Below are positions 1 to 12,536 of a stretch of 64,000 nt of DNA, piece after piece. The notes under the pieces are model-generated. The model was not told the DNA's origin and made no database searches. It saw nothing but the letters and a program-made list of their open reading frames with translations. The position numbers and the translations under genes were made by a program. The DNA is from Octopus vulgaris. Lineage: Eukaryota. The stretch spans positions 18,352,001 to 18,416,000 of the forward strand of contig OX597840.1 of NCBI GenBank assembly GCA_951406725.2, read 5' to 3'. Positions within the stretch are counted from its first letter, which is position 1; each line of letters opens with the position of its first letter.

Positions 1-29
1 AACTCTGCAAAATCAAGGTCCCCTGACCA

Positions 30-345
30 CTAGAGCAAGTGCCCTCTCCACATTGTCAACAGGCTCATGTTTAGAGTAGACCTTCTCACTGTTGCCATTC
101 TTACCACATTTCCCCAGCCTTCAACAAAATTGCTGGGGAGAAGCACTGCCCTCCCGACCCTCACTTTCCTTTTCAAGTGAAACTTGAAAAGGATGATGAG
201 GGCTTGGCCAAAGAGGAAAGCATCTGTCTTTCAGCACTTTCAATCTAGTCCACCAGACAACCTCTTTTACTAGGGTCACCAGACAAAGGAACACTATCTG
301 CCCTTCCTGGCCAAAGGAAGGCGTCGGGACGATCTTCACAGCGTA
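30..345 (-). mobile_element. Possible decayed 3' end of an L1/Tx1-type LINE ORF2
   Basis: Minus-strand frameshifted translation (KEVVWWTRLKVLK...FKFHLKRKVRV...W) has the aromatic/basic pattern I recall for L1/Tx1 ORF2 C-termini; no catalytic motif visible. Confidence 0.35.
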
Positions 346-639
346 ATAATAACGCAATATAGATAAAATGTCAAAAATGCCTTGGTACGTGATTTTTGGT
401 CCACCCTGTAAATCGGTGGTCCTCAACCATTTTTTTTTTTCTTGCCTATGGATTCCTTTGATTTCTCGGATAGAACCTCATAGTTATCTGATGTTTAAAA
501 TTTAAAAACTCCTTTTCATATTCTTATCATGAAATATTATTAGGAAGTGTATAAAATTTTTTTTAATATTTTGTGTATTGTAGAAGTGTAAGGAATTTGG
601 TACGTGGGAGAGTTTGTCTACAACAATTCATCTACAACC

Positions 640-910
640 GTACACACACGTACAACCACACATATACACATACAACCACACACACACACATACACATACA
701 TCGAACCACACACAAACCACACACTCATACATACAACCACACTCATACACATACATACAACCACTCGCACACATACACACATACAACAACACACAACACA
801 CACACATACATACAACCACACACACACATGCAACTACACACACATGCAACCATACATACACATATACAACCACACATACATACACATCCAACCATACACA
901 AACCACACAC
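640..910. repeat. Compound CA-rich microsatellite/minisatellite (ACAACCACAC..ATAC units)
   Basis: Directly visible; explains the overlapping H/T/Y and V/C ORFs. Confidence 0.9.
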
Positions 911-1737
911 AGATAAATTGTTGGGGACGAATTCACCTAGACCCAACCAATTTATTGCACCTAAATTTTAACTACAAACCCCTCAACGTAACAAGGGCCG
1001 TAACAGCCCCCGAGGGCCATATGGACCCGGAATGAGAATCGCTGGTGTACAGACTCCTTCGTTAACCCCACGATTTGAAGGATTTTCTGTGTTTTTACCA
1101 TATCCATTCTGTATTTTTATGGAGAACTGCATTATCTAATGTGTCATTACCATGGTTGAATGGGTAGAAAACTCGCGTCTCAATCACATGGTCACCAGTT
1201 CAATTCCACAGTGTGGCATTGCGGTAAATGTATTTTATTGGTGTCTCGGGGGGACCCATACATTGCGCGAGAAATTGGATGGAGGGAAACTGTATGGAAG
1301 CCCGGCAGATGATTGTTCCTGTAGTTCTGATAGTCCAACCTTGTCCCACTGATTCTGTCTTAGAATTGCGCTAAACGGTGCCCGTGTCTGTGGAGCAGGG
1401 AATTCGATTAACCGAACAGTTGTATCCTTATCGTTGAAATCGACGAAGATTCATTTGTATTAAGCTTATTTAAGATGGCAGGTTATGATTTGAGGAACAT
1501 TTAATCGTTATTTCTAGCAGGTCTATCTCGTCGGCGCCATTTATTGTGTGTGTGTGTCTGTGTGTGTGCTTCATTTTCCAAACATACAAACATAAAGGAT
1601 TGCGCTCGAAAGAGGTCACATCCGGTAAATACTTCGCTATCTTATACGAAACACGACTGGCAAGGATTGGTCGATTGCTAAACACGAATTCCGTTTGCAG
1701 ATTCCAGCAATTTTGTTGTTTGTAATTCATGCACATT

Positions 1738-1804
<67 letters not shown>

Positions 1805-2496
1805 CTCGTTCACAGATATACGTATGTATATGTGCGTGTGTATATACATATGTCTGTATACATACATATATGTATGTATGTGTGTGTATTTGTATATATG
1901 TATATATGTATATTTGTGATGGTTGTCAGTTCAATACAAAGCTTGACCACTTCGGTGTATACACGAGTACACGATGCTCAATTCTCGCATGAGATCCTCG
2001 CTAGCTTTTCAGACCAGGCATACATTTGAAAAGAAGTTCACACAAATTGCTCGCTAGTTTAGGTACAACTTGAACTGTTTGTGATTTCTGATCTTGATGA
2101 ACTTTGAAATGTTTCTTCAGACGTTAAGAATCGCACATCCTGCAGTTTATGTTTCATTGATAAGAGCAAACTAATAGAAATGTTCTATAACACGGTATAA
2201 CACGATTATTGTCCTCGGGTAGTAACTCTTATTTCCTATTTGCTTACTCCTAGAAACAATGAATAATGGCTAATATTTGCCTTTGTAACTTTTATTCAAA
2301 CCCCAAAGGATCCCTCTCACACATGGCCATGATGCTCCCTCACTACTCCTGCTCATATTCAGAGATGCACGTATTGTCAGCCACTAAGGGACATGCTCAA
2401 CTGGTTAAGGTCAAGCAACTGACAAACAAATCTGTGGTATTGAGCAGAATATTTGCAATAATGATATATTTGCTTCTGCAACTCAACGATGAGTGA

Positions 2497-2750
2497 GGGC
2501 GCGTGGCTTAGTGGTTAGGGTGTCAGCATCAAGATTGTAAGATTGTGGTTTCGATTCCTGGACCGGGCGACGCGTTGTGTTCTTGAGCAAAACACTTCAT
2601 TTCACGTTGCTCCAGTCCATTCAGCTGGCAAAAATGAGTAACGCTGCGATGGACTGACGTCCCGTCCAACTGGGGAACACATACGCCATTGAAACCGGGA
2701 AACCGGGCCCATGAGCCTGGCTAGGCTTTAAGAGGGCGCATTTATTTTTT
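2497..2750 (+). mobile_element. tRNA-derived SINE (family D)
   Basis: A-box-like GTGGCTTAGTGG, B-box-like GTTTCGATTCC, central module TTGAGCAAAACACTTCATTTCACGTTGCTCCAGTCCATTCAGCTG shared with families B and C, T-rich end. Confidence 0.8.
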
Positions 2751-3060
2751 TTTAAACTCAACGATGAATCTGTCTCAGATGTAATGGAAAAATTGGTGAC
2801 AAAAGTTTGAAGGGAATGGTAGTCATTTCCTTTGATTTCTAGATACAAGCAAATAGGAAATAACACTTAACAAAGACGAAAAAGAAAGAAATATATAATA
2901 GTTTTGTTACACAGTGTTATATTTGGAAGTGCCCTAATGTGTGCTCTCCCTTAAGATTTAAGCCCAGCCTCAGAGAAGCAGAGGTTTCTCCAAAATATAC
3001 AAGTAGAAAACGTTTCAAGCTCATATTACCTTACTGGTTATTTCTTTTCTTATTTCCCTC

Positions 3061-3112
<52 letters not shown>

Positions 3113-3116
<4 letters not shown>

Positions 3117-3482
3117 CGCAGGAGTGGCTGTGTGGTAACCAACCACACGGTTGCGGGTTCAGTCCCACTGCGTGGCATGTTGGGCGAGTGTCTTCTGCTA
3201 TAGCCCCGGGCCGACCAATGCCTTGTGAGTGGATTTGGTAGACGGAAACTGAAAGAAGCCTGTCGTATATATATATATATATATATATGTATATGTGTGT
3301 GTGTTTGTGTGTCTGTGTTTGTCCCCCTAGCATTGCTTGACAACCGATGCCGGTGTGTTTACGTCCCCGTCACTTAGCGGTTCGGCAAAAAGAGACCGAT
3401 AGAATAAGTACTAAAAGGTGGTACTCCAGCATGGCCGCAGTCAAATGACTGAAACAAGTAAAAGAGTAAAAGAGAAAAGAGA
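3113..3482 (+). mobile_element. tRNA-derived SINE (family A, octopus-type, central TA/TG microsatellite)
   Basis: Head GGCGCAGGAGTGGCTGTGTGGTA..GGTTCAGTCCC, body TGAGTGGATTTGGTAGACGGAAACTGAAAGAAGCC, tail CAGTCAAATGACTGAAACAAGTAAAAGAG; many near-identical copies in the window. Confidence 0.9.
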
Positions 3483-3494
3483 ATATATATATAT

Positions 3495-3643
3495 ATATTA
3501 AGGACATTACTATACATAAATGCCTCACGCTAGGAGGGACTCTTGAAGTCACAACTACCATAGTAAACAAAACTATTATGGTCGTTTTGACTTTAAGAGT
3601 CCCTCCTAGCGTGAGGCATTTATGTATAGTAATGCCCTTAATA

Positions 3644-3644
<1 letters not shown>
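3495..3644. repeat. Fold-back inverted repeat, arms about 68 bp, abutting a TA tract
   Basis: ATTACTATACATAAATGCCTCACGCTAGGAGGGACTC is the reverse complement of GAGTCCCTCCTAGCGTGAGGCATTTATGTATAGTAAT; a related single-arm sequence lies near 50450-50490. Confidence 0.9.
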
Positions 3645-3674
<30 letters not shown>

Positions 3675-3847
3675 GTATATTTAAAGGGAAAAATTAATAA
3701 TTTTTTCCCTTATGAGGTAAACGTAAAGTACACTAGTTTATTGAAGCCGATCTAGTAGCGTGTTACTCCGAAGTTTCCACGGCGTGCCGCCGCTTCTTCA
3801 GTGTATCAGGCTACTGAACCAACGAAATTACATATATTGTGAGTACG

Positions 3848-3896
<49 letters not shown>

Positions 3897-3914
3897 AGGG
3901 TGGGTAAAATTCCC

Positions 3915-4776
3915 GAGATCCAAGGATGAGTACTCTCCAGCGGTATTTGTTCCTCATCATCACTGCCATGTCCTGTGTCTCCTAGCGACCAGTGTCTGTC
4001 CTTAAGGCATCAACATATGTCATCCTTGGTCTCCTTCTTCTTCTGTGTCCGAGTAGAGGATCTCACAGGATCACCGAGTGCAGTATCAACTCTCGATGAC
4101 GGTGAACATATCCATCCAACCTCAGTCTCCTCTCTGTTATTTTCGATCTAACTTTTGGGAGGCTCTCGTACAGCTCTGAGTTCTTCATCTTCAATGTTTA
4201 CTGATTAATGATCAGAACCATCCTCAGCATTCTCGTGTAGCACCCATCCACCATCTGAGTGAGTTTCTTGGTCAGTGTCCAAGTCCCGCACAACAGCGCA
4301 GGCTCCACTGCAGCAACAAAGACACAGATCTTCAGATCTTTACAAAGGTCCGACTTCCATACAGATCTGAAACTGTGACATGCCACCCAGGCTTTGCTCT
4401 TTTTCTCAACTATATCACCCTCTGTGTTTCCAGTCTTTGCTCCCAGATACAGGAAGTCCTCAACCAACTCCAGTGGCTTCCTGTCTACATTCATAATCTT
4501 CTCTGGCTTCTTAATATTCTCTACCAGATTCTTCGCCTTAATTTCATTCATTTTCAGCGCCACACTCATCGACATAGTCTCCACTTCCTGCATCAATTCC
4601 TCTATCTCACTCACAGTGTTTGCCAACAGAAATATGTCATCAGCAAATTCAGCATCTGATATCTTTTTAGTCTTAACCCTCTTGCTTAACCCTACAGTAA
4701 AGCCAGAGTCCTGTTGTTTTTCCAACGCAAGGCGCATACAATCATCCACCACGATGATAAAAAGGTAAGGAGTCAA
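3915..4776 (-). mobile_element. 5'-truncated RTE-clade LINE fragment (RT C-terminal half and C-terminus), decayed
   Basis: ORF 4198-4776: PYLFIIVVD, FADD catalytic motif, FLYLG, WTLTK, RMLRM; downstream GHVHRH...RRRRPRMTYVD typical of RTE C-termini. Confidence 0.88.
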
Positions 4777-5021
4777 TGTATCTCTCAGAGGGAAAGAGAA
4801 GGGAATAATATATATGTATATATATATATATATATATGTATATATTTGAGTAGTAGAATGAATTATCTTGTTATGGATAATTCGGTTAACCGATACCTGG
4901 GTAACAAATTCACATCAGAGAAGACACGTTTGAAGTTACGTGCTTTCGTGTGGAAATTTGTATGTTTTTTTTTTAAATATAAATATATGAAAGAATGGAG
5001 TTGAACGACGAATTAACAAAA

Positions 5022-5120
5022 TTCCTTTATTTTCGACATATGTTTCGAAGGCTGCATATTCCTAATTGCGAAGGAATAAGGAGTATATTATGCCGCTTTC
5101 TCATCAGGAAAAGCAAGGAA
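5022..5120 (-). ncRNA. Type-I hammerhead ribozyme (family H1)
   Basis: Minus strand: TTCCTTGCTTTTC-CTGATGA-GAAAGCGGCATA...TATGCAGCCTTC-GAAA-CATATG-TC^GAAAATAAAGGAA. Intact core, about 11/13 bp stem I, long stem II, palindromic stem III, GUC triplet. Confidence 0.85.
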
Positions 5121-5398
5121 CTTATGTCAACATCAAGATGCACAAAAAAATTTTAGATGACTGCTCACACGGGGCCCATAGTGATAATGAGTGTCTCTTT
5201 AAGAAATTCCTTTATAAGGAGTGACGTTAAAATGGTTGGATGTAGGAGATTCTAGAAGGTTCTAAAGGTTCAAGGGTTCAAACGAAGTAGGAGAAGAGGG
5301 GCATAAGAATAGGAAGGTGAAAGGGTGCAGTTCAAATGAATGGTGAATTTTCTTTTGTGAATGAGTGTCTGTGTGTGTGACTTTATATAACTGCATTA

Positions 5399-5448
<50 letters not shown>

Positions 5449-5710
5449 GCGTGATTGTGTTTGTAGATGGGTGGATGTCAGAAAACAGACAGTGGTGAGG
5501 TGAACAGTGTGTGTCTGTGTGTTTGATTGTGCTTACTATAGATAGCGGGAAAGAGAGAGAGAAAGAGAGAGAAAGAGGAGGGCGAGGTATAGGGACAAAG
5601 GTAACACATACCTCATTGGATTGGGTAGTAGTTCTTTGAAAGTATAAAAAGAATTTTTAGACTATGGGGGTGAAATATATAAAAAAAGAGAGTTATATCA
5701 ATTATATTAA

Positions 5711-5791
5711 TTTCCTGATGAGAAAGCGGCATAATATACTCCTTATTCCTTCGCAATTAGGAATATGCAGCCTTCGAAATATATGTCGAAA
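5711..5791 (+). ncRNA. Inverted second copy of hammerhead H1
   Basis: TTTC-CTGATGA-stem II-GAAA-TATATG-TC^GAAA; 5711-5845 is the reverse complement of about 4978-5111; stem I shortened to 4 bp. Confidence 0.72.
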
Positions 5792-5842
5792 ATAAAGGAA
5801 TTTTGTTAATTCGTCGTTCAACTCCATTCTTTCATATATTTA

Positions 5843-5910
<68 letters not shown>

Positions 5911-6079
5911 TTATAAAATGAGATAGGGGTTGAAAATTCAACCCACCATGGGATAATATATATCCAATATACTGCTAGATAGGTACCCAACAAAATTAAT
6001 ACATAGATGTTAAAAATTGTCAAGCAATCATTTCATCTATTGTATTAAATGGGTAAAGGTAATAATATTACCGTAAATT

Positions 6080-6486
6080 AATACTACAAAATTAGAGAAT
6101 GGAGAAACATACTTAAATCAGTAAAACATCAACTATCCGATGATACTCAATCCATACTTTAATACACCATTACATATGAGTAAAGGCAATATATAAAATG
6201 AAATGAGATATACAGTAATAGTAAAAGTAAAAAGATAAAGAGATATAAGTAAAAATTTCAAATATAATATGCAAATAAATCAAAACTATTTGCATATTAT
6301 ATTTGAAATTTTTTACTTATATCTCTTTATCTTTTTACTTTTACTATTACTGTATATCTCATTTCATTTTATATATTGCCTTTACTCATATGTAATGGTG
6401 TATTAAAGTATGGATTGAGTATCATCGGATAGTTGATGTTTTACTGATTTAAGTATGTTTCTCCATTCTCTAATTTTGTTGTATTA
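6080..6486. repeat. Fold-back inverted repeat, arms about 200 bp, loop about 9 nt, between TA tracts
   Basis: ...TATAATATGCAAATA-AATCAAAAC-TATTTGCATATTATA...; arms match almost perfectly out to AATACTACAAAATTAGAG / CTCTAATTTTGTTGTATT. Confidence 0.92.
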
Positions 6487-6510
6487 TATATATATATATA
6501 TATATATATA

Positions 6511-7616
6511 GTTATCAGTAACAATATAGGGTGAAATTAATTAATTTGGAATAATCATTAATTACACCAAGTAGATTTCGGCATGTAAAAGCCTCATTCG
6601 AGGAAAGTTTAAGTAATACTAAGCAATTAAGGGTTTAGCAACGAATTGCCTCACCACACACCGAATTTAGAAATAGTAGTCAAAGAGTTATAGCTATTCT
6701 TTCTACTAAAAGGGAGATCTCAGTAAAAACACAGCACTTGAAAGGCAAACACAGACAGGTAAGAGAGAATGAAATGACGGCAATCTATCATACAATTTTA
6801 AGTCACCTACGGACGTACGTTTCGAAATTAAGTTTTGGAAATTAAGGTGTCTTAAAATTGTATGATAGATTGCCGTCATTTCATTCTCTCTTACCTGTCT
6901 GTGTTTGCCTTTCAAGTGCTGTGTTTTTACTGAGATCTCCCTTTTAGTAGAAAGAATAGCTATAACTCTTTGACTGCTATTTCTAAATTCGGTGTGTGGT
7001 GAGGCAATTCGTTGCTAAACCCTTAATTGCTTAGTATTACTTAAACTTTCCTCGAATGAGGCTTTTACATGCCGAAATCTACTTGGTGTAATTAATGATT
7101 ATTCCAAATTAATTAATTTCACCCTATATTGTTACTGATAACCATATTTCATCCCAGTAAATGACCACAGTATCTTGTCTTGGCTACACGCTGGTGGGAA
7201 GGGGTTGGTGACACAAACTTTCATTCACACTTTGAATTTGGTGATACTGGTAACGGCTTTAGATCGCTCTGATACTGAGTTGAGATGATGCCTTCTAGTA
7301 TCTCGAAATTTAATATACAATTATTCATAATTGTAGTGTCCTACGCTGATGAGAAAAGAAGTTGGGTAAGATATAATTATCTAATTCTTATGCTTTCCTA
7401 AAACTTAATTTCGAAACGTACGTCCGTAGGTGACTTAAAATTGTATGATAGATTGCCGTCATTTCATTCTCTCTTACCTGTCTGTGTTTGCCTTTCAAGT
7501 GCTGTGTTTTTACTGAGATCTCCCTTTTAGTAGAAAGAATAGCTATAACTCTTTGACTGCTATTTCTAAATTCGGTGTGTGGTGAGGCAATTCGTTGCTA
7601 AACCCTTAATTGCTTA

Positions 7617-7619
<3 letters not shown>
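6511..7619 (+). mobile_element. Non-coding Penelope-pLTR/retrozyme-like element: inverted arm plus partial tandem repeat (period 583 bp)
   Basis: 6511-6802 is the reverse complement of 6851-7141; 6851-7037 recurs directly at 7434-7619; hammerhead at the repeat junction; both ends abut (TA)n. Confidence 0.75.
7340..7430 (+). ncRNA. Type-I hammerhead ribozyme (family H2)
   Basis: CCTACG-CTGATGA-GAAA...TTTC-GAAA-CGTACG-TC^CGTAGG: perfect 6-bp stem I, intact core, palindromic stem III, predicted cleavage after 7424. Confidence 0.87.
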
Positions 7620-7690
<71 letters not shown>

Positions 7691-7883
7691 AAAGACAAAG
7701 TTTACGAAAATAAACAAAAGACGAAAGCAGGTGGAGTACAAACAAACAAATGTATTAGTATGGTGCTCAGGAATAGAAAAAATCTTTTATATTTCGAGCC
7801 TACGCTCTTCGACAGAAAGATACACAGAAAAAAACAAGGAGAGAAAATATATATATATTTCTTATTTTTATTTTCCTAAAATG

Positions 7884-8048
7884 TTATCCGATGAAGAGAT
7901 GGCGACGTGGATTTCCACCCCGACATCCGAAACTCGGAGTTTTATCATGGCTACCAAATAATTGTCACATATTACATTTACAGATAAATTCTTCTGTTTA
8001 CATAAAATCGAGGTCTCTTTATTCTTTTGTTGTCTTACCATTTCTATC
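7884..8048 (+). mobile_element. Decayed copy of hammerhead family H4 element (core damaged)
   Basis: Aligns to 30208-30365 but CCGATAACTGAAGA is reduced to CCGATGAAGA; GAAACTCGGAGTTTTATC is retained. Confidence 0.7.
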
Positions 8049-8049
8049 A

Positions 8050-8130
<81 letters not shown>

Positions 8131-8389
8131 GATGGGCAGACAGACACACACACACAATTTGATATAAATTATTCTCACAAAAACGCAATATATACCAAAT
8201 TCTATGATCTTCCAATATTTCGTTATTTCAAAAACCTTCCAAACCATTTCATTCTTCCAATATTCTATTCTCCCATTTCAACCATTTACTTATTCCTTTC
8301 GTTTGACTTTAATCTTCCATCATTTGGCACCACGTGGAGACAGGAACTCCGCCACAATTCCGTGTTTTCTGTAGCTTTTCGGTTGGTAT

Positions 8390-8606
8390 TGTCGTTGTTG
8401 TTGTTGCTGCTGTAGCTTTTGTTGTTGTTGTTGTTGTTGTTGTTGCTGATATATTTGCTGGTTATTGCACAGTGGGTTGTTGTTGTTGTTGTTGATGATG
8501 ATGATGATGATGATGATGGTGGTGATGATGATGATGGTGGTGGTGGTGGTGGTGATGATGATGATGATGATGATGATTATGATGATGATTATGATGATGA
8601 CGATGA

Positions 8607-8679
<73 letters not shown>

Positions 8680-9510
8680 GATGATGGCGATGATGATGAT
8701 GATGGCGATGATGATGATGGTTGTGTTGCTGGTGGTAACGTGACAATACCTCCACCATCACCAACACACCACCGCCATCACAAATACCAAACGTACCTCC
8801 ACCACCATCGTCACAATATCCACTGCCACAACCCTTACAAACACCATCACCACCACCACCACCACCATCATCATCACCATCATCCCCACCACCACCACCA
8901 CCACCACCACCGCCACAACTGTTGGCCTGAAACAAGTTCACATTGTGAACAAATAAATACGTAACTGATAAGGACGGTGTGGTGGTATGGGGGTGGTTGT
9001 GGTGGTGGTGGTAGTAGTGATGGTGGTGGTGATGGTGGTGGTGGTGGTGGTGATGAGGTTGGTAGTCGTGGCGTCGTGGATGGTGATTTGGGACGATGAT
9101 GATGGTTGTGTAGGTGGTGGTGGTGGTTATGATGGTGATGATGATGATGGTGATGATGATGATGGTGGGGTGGTGGCGGCGGTGACGGTGTTTAGGCTGG
9201 TGGTTCTGGCGGTGGTGATGATAGTGGTGACGATGATGATGGTGGCAGTATGGTGGAAGTATTGCGGAGGCGGAGCAGTGGCAACGGCGGCGGCGGGGCA
9301 GTGGCATTGGCGGCGGCGGGGCAGTGGCATCGGCGGCGGAGCAGTGGCATTGGCGGCCGCGGAGCAGTGGCAGCGGCGGCGGGTGTTTTTGTGGCATTGG
9401 AGATGATGATAATGATGATAAGGATGGTTATAGAAATAGTGGCGGCAGCGAAGGAGTGGATGGTGGTTGGTGGTGGTCATGGTGGTGGTGGCGGTGGTGG
9501 TGGCGATGAC
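8390..9510. repeat. Trinucleotide low-complexity block (GTT, GAT, GGT, CAC, GGC) with a ~21-bp GGCGGCGGRGCAGTGGCAT minisatellite at about 9265-9380
   Basis: Directly visible; source of the poly-D/H/M/G ORFs. Confidence 0.9.
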
Positions 9511-10534
9511 AATGCCAGACAATGTCATCGTTATTCATTCACTCAGCTCCCGTGATTTCCAGCCTCCTTTACAATTAACTCGGTGTCACATGATAAAAGG
9601 GGTCCTTTTAACAAGCTTTAAACACCCTTTATCTAATTGCCCCAAATATCTATCATCTTCCCCTTCTCTCTCCTTGTCTCCCTCCCTCCCTCTTTCTGTA
9701 CAACTCTTTTTCTCCATCTATCTCTACCTTCTTTCTGTACCTTCTCTCTCTCTCTTTGTCTCACTTCCTCTCTCTCTCTATCTCACTCTTTCTGTACCCT
9801 TCTTTTTCTCTCTTTATCTCTCTCACACTCTCTCTCTCATCCTCTATCTCTTTCTGTCTCACCTACTCTTTTTCACTATCTCTCACTCCCTCTCTCTCTC
9901 ACTCTGTCTGTTTGTGTCTCTCTCTCACCCTCTCTTTCATCCTCTCCCTCTCACTCTCACCCTCTCTCCCTCTTTCTCTCTACTCGCTCTCTCTCACTCA
10001 CTCTCTCTCCCCTCCCCCCTCTCTCTCTTCCTGGTGGCTATTTTAACAACCTCCCCAAATTAAACAAACCCCTTAAAATTTCACGGCTCACACCTCTCCC
10101 CTTCGCCCTTTCGCTCTCGTTCTACTCCCAAGCGGATCTATCTTCGCAACCATTCAAACCTGGTATGTGTGCGTGAGTATCTTTTGTTCCGGTCATTCGA
10201 TTGCAGCCATTCTGGAGCACCGCCTCGAAGAATTTTCTGTTGAAGGGCGGAGAGCAACAGGATTGAACCTGCAACTATTTGCCCGCAAAGCTAGCAATTT
10301 AACCACAACAGCCATACGTGGGCCCAGCTGTCTTTTATCCTTTATCTTTTGCTAGTTTCAGGCATTGGGTTGCGGCCATGCTGGGACACTGCCTTGAGGA
10401 AATTTTAGTCAAAATAATCGACCCCGCTACTTATTTTCTTACGAAGTTTGGTGCTTGTTCTATCGATCCTTTTTGTCAAACCGCTAAGTTACGGTAGTGG
10501 GAGATAGATAGACAGATAGACAGACACACACACT

Positions 10535-10565
<31 letters not shown>

Positions 10566-10718
10566 GCGCGCAAATCCACATGTGTGTGTGTGTGAAACAG
10601 ACCAGTAGAATAAGTACAAGGATTTTAAAAAGAACGTTGAGGTCGATTTGTTCGACAAAACCCTTCAAAGCACTGCCCCAACATGGCCACAGTCCAGTGT
10701 CTGAAACAAGTGAAAGGA

Positions 10719-10785
<67 letters not shown>

Positions 10786-11165
10786 TGTTGTGTCTGGGGA
10801 GAGTCATTCTCTTTTGGTGCCTTATAATTTAACACACTCACCGGTAAAATTTCCATTTATTTCTTTTTTATTTTTCTAAAATTTTTATTGCATCTTGCAG
10901 CCTTTTCAATTATACGGCATTTAAAAGAGACTGGCTCTCCAGACACAACAGAATATGCTTCAACACACGAACTCACATAAAGAATCTTGCAAACCAAATC
11001 CAAAAATGAAACATATATATATATATATATATTAAAAGTCTGATACTGTACCGAATGAGCTATGCTATATATATTTGGTCACACTGTTTCAAACTGATTC
11101 TGCCACGGAATTTCCTTATGGCAACACGAAGTGTTTCTGTGCAATACACGGCCACCAAATAATTG

Positions 11166-11615
11166 GGATCTTTTCGGTTTGACCAGCAGTTTTTTAAAAT
11201 AATTTCCACGTAACTAAACACTTTTAAACTTCGTATACTGGTAGAATGTGTTTATAAAACGTCTTTTTCTTTTGGCTTTATTGAGAAAATTCTATAGTTT
11301 GTAAGATATTTATTGTTTTTTTCTTCAATTTCTGCAATTTCAACCAATCAATGACGTCTCTTGAGGTGAAAACATTCTGTGCCGTATGAATATGTCCCTC
11401 GTTTAAGAAACAGATTGGGTTTATTTACATTTGTGAAGAAAAAAAGATACCCTTCTCCCCACCCCTAACCCTAACCCTAACCCTAACTAACCCTAACTCT
11501 AACCCTAACCCTAAAACAGATTGAAATGCAATAGATCGATACTAGGGTCATAATTATGGGTGACAATTTCATATGACACCCCTAGAAAAAACTGCCGGTC
11601 AAACCGAAAAGATCC
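11166..11615. mobile_element. MITE with ~29-bp TIRs, near-perfect 8-bp TSD and internal (CCCTAA)n tract
   Basis: GGATCTTTTCGGTTTGACCAGCAGTTTTT ... AAAAACTGCCGGTCAAACCGAAAAGATCC; flanks AATAATTG / AACAATTG; CCCTAA repeats at 11463-11514. Confidence 0.82.
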
Positions 11616-12455
11616 AACAATTGCATGCTCATCGTCGAACGACGGAGATCCACCACCACCACAATATATGTATGTTACTTGAAGTTTGTCCCAAGACTAC
11701 GAGCTCCCTTGACTGGAATTTATCCAAATTTCTCACCGCTTACACGATTGACAATGCAAAACCTACTCCCTACATTATTGGACGAACGCGACCCCAGCTC
11801 GTCACGTGTTTAACCTCCAGCAGCAGCAGCTTTTGAGACTGCAACGGGCCATAACTCACAGCCATTTTAATTATCGTAAAGTAACATGGCGACGTTATGA
11901 CAGACGCAGCGTGTATGTATGTGCGATGGCTTGGTTGGGCTGTGCTGAGCTGTGTTGTGTGTTTGTGTTGGTGAGATGGTGCTTGAAAAATAACATTTAT
12001 AAATAGCATATCTCACTGAAATAATCTACATATTCGAATGCTGTACGCTCTAATATTGATTTTATCATATAATTCGGGTCATGATATCTGGATATTTAGA
12101 GCGGTGAGGAGAAGATATTCTGTTCTATTATTATATCTGCATTTTGTTTCTAAAAGCAATTTGTGTTTGGTATTGGCAAACTGGCAATGACACATGCACG
12201 AGGAAACCTTGCTAGCCAACAAGTGGTGGTGGTGGTGGTGGTGATGGAAGGGCCGATGGGGGTGGGGTGGATTGGCAGTAATCGTTAAAGTGTTGGACAT
12301 TGCGGTATTTAGTTTAGTTACTTGGGCAATCTTGGGCATTCAGTTATTTGGACGTTCTTGATTCAAATCCCGACTTGATCGAATTTGCCTTGGTTCAAGT
12401 TTTGTGGTCGAATGTGTACATACATACATAGATACATACGTACACACACACACAC

Positions 12456-12532
<77 letters not shown>

Positions 12533-12536
12533 TGCT

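Noticed and set aside
2497-2570. tRNA genes at SINE heads
   Set aside because: A/B boxes are present but there is no complete cloverleaf, and they continue into repeated SINE bodies.
8419-9555. Long poly-Asp/His/Gly/Met ORFs
   Set aside because: Open in several frames on both strands because trinucleotide repeats lack stops; no domain or splice support.
11463-11514. True telomere or chromosome fusion site
   Set aside because: Short, single-orientation tract enclosed by MITE TIRs.
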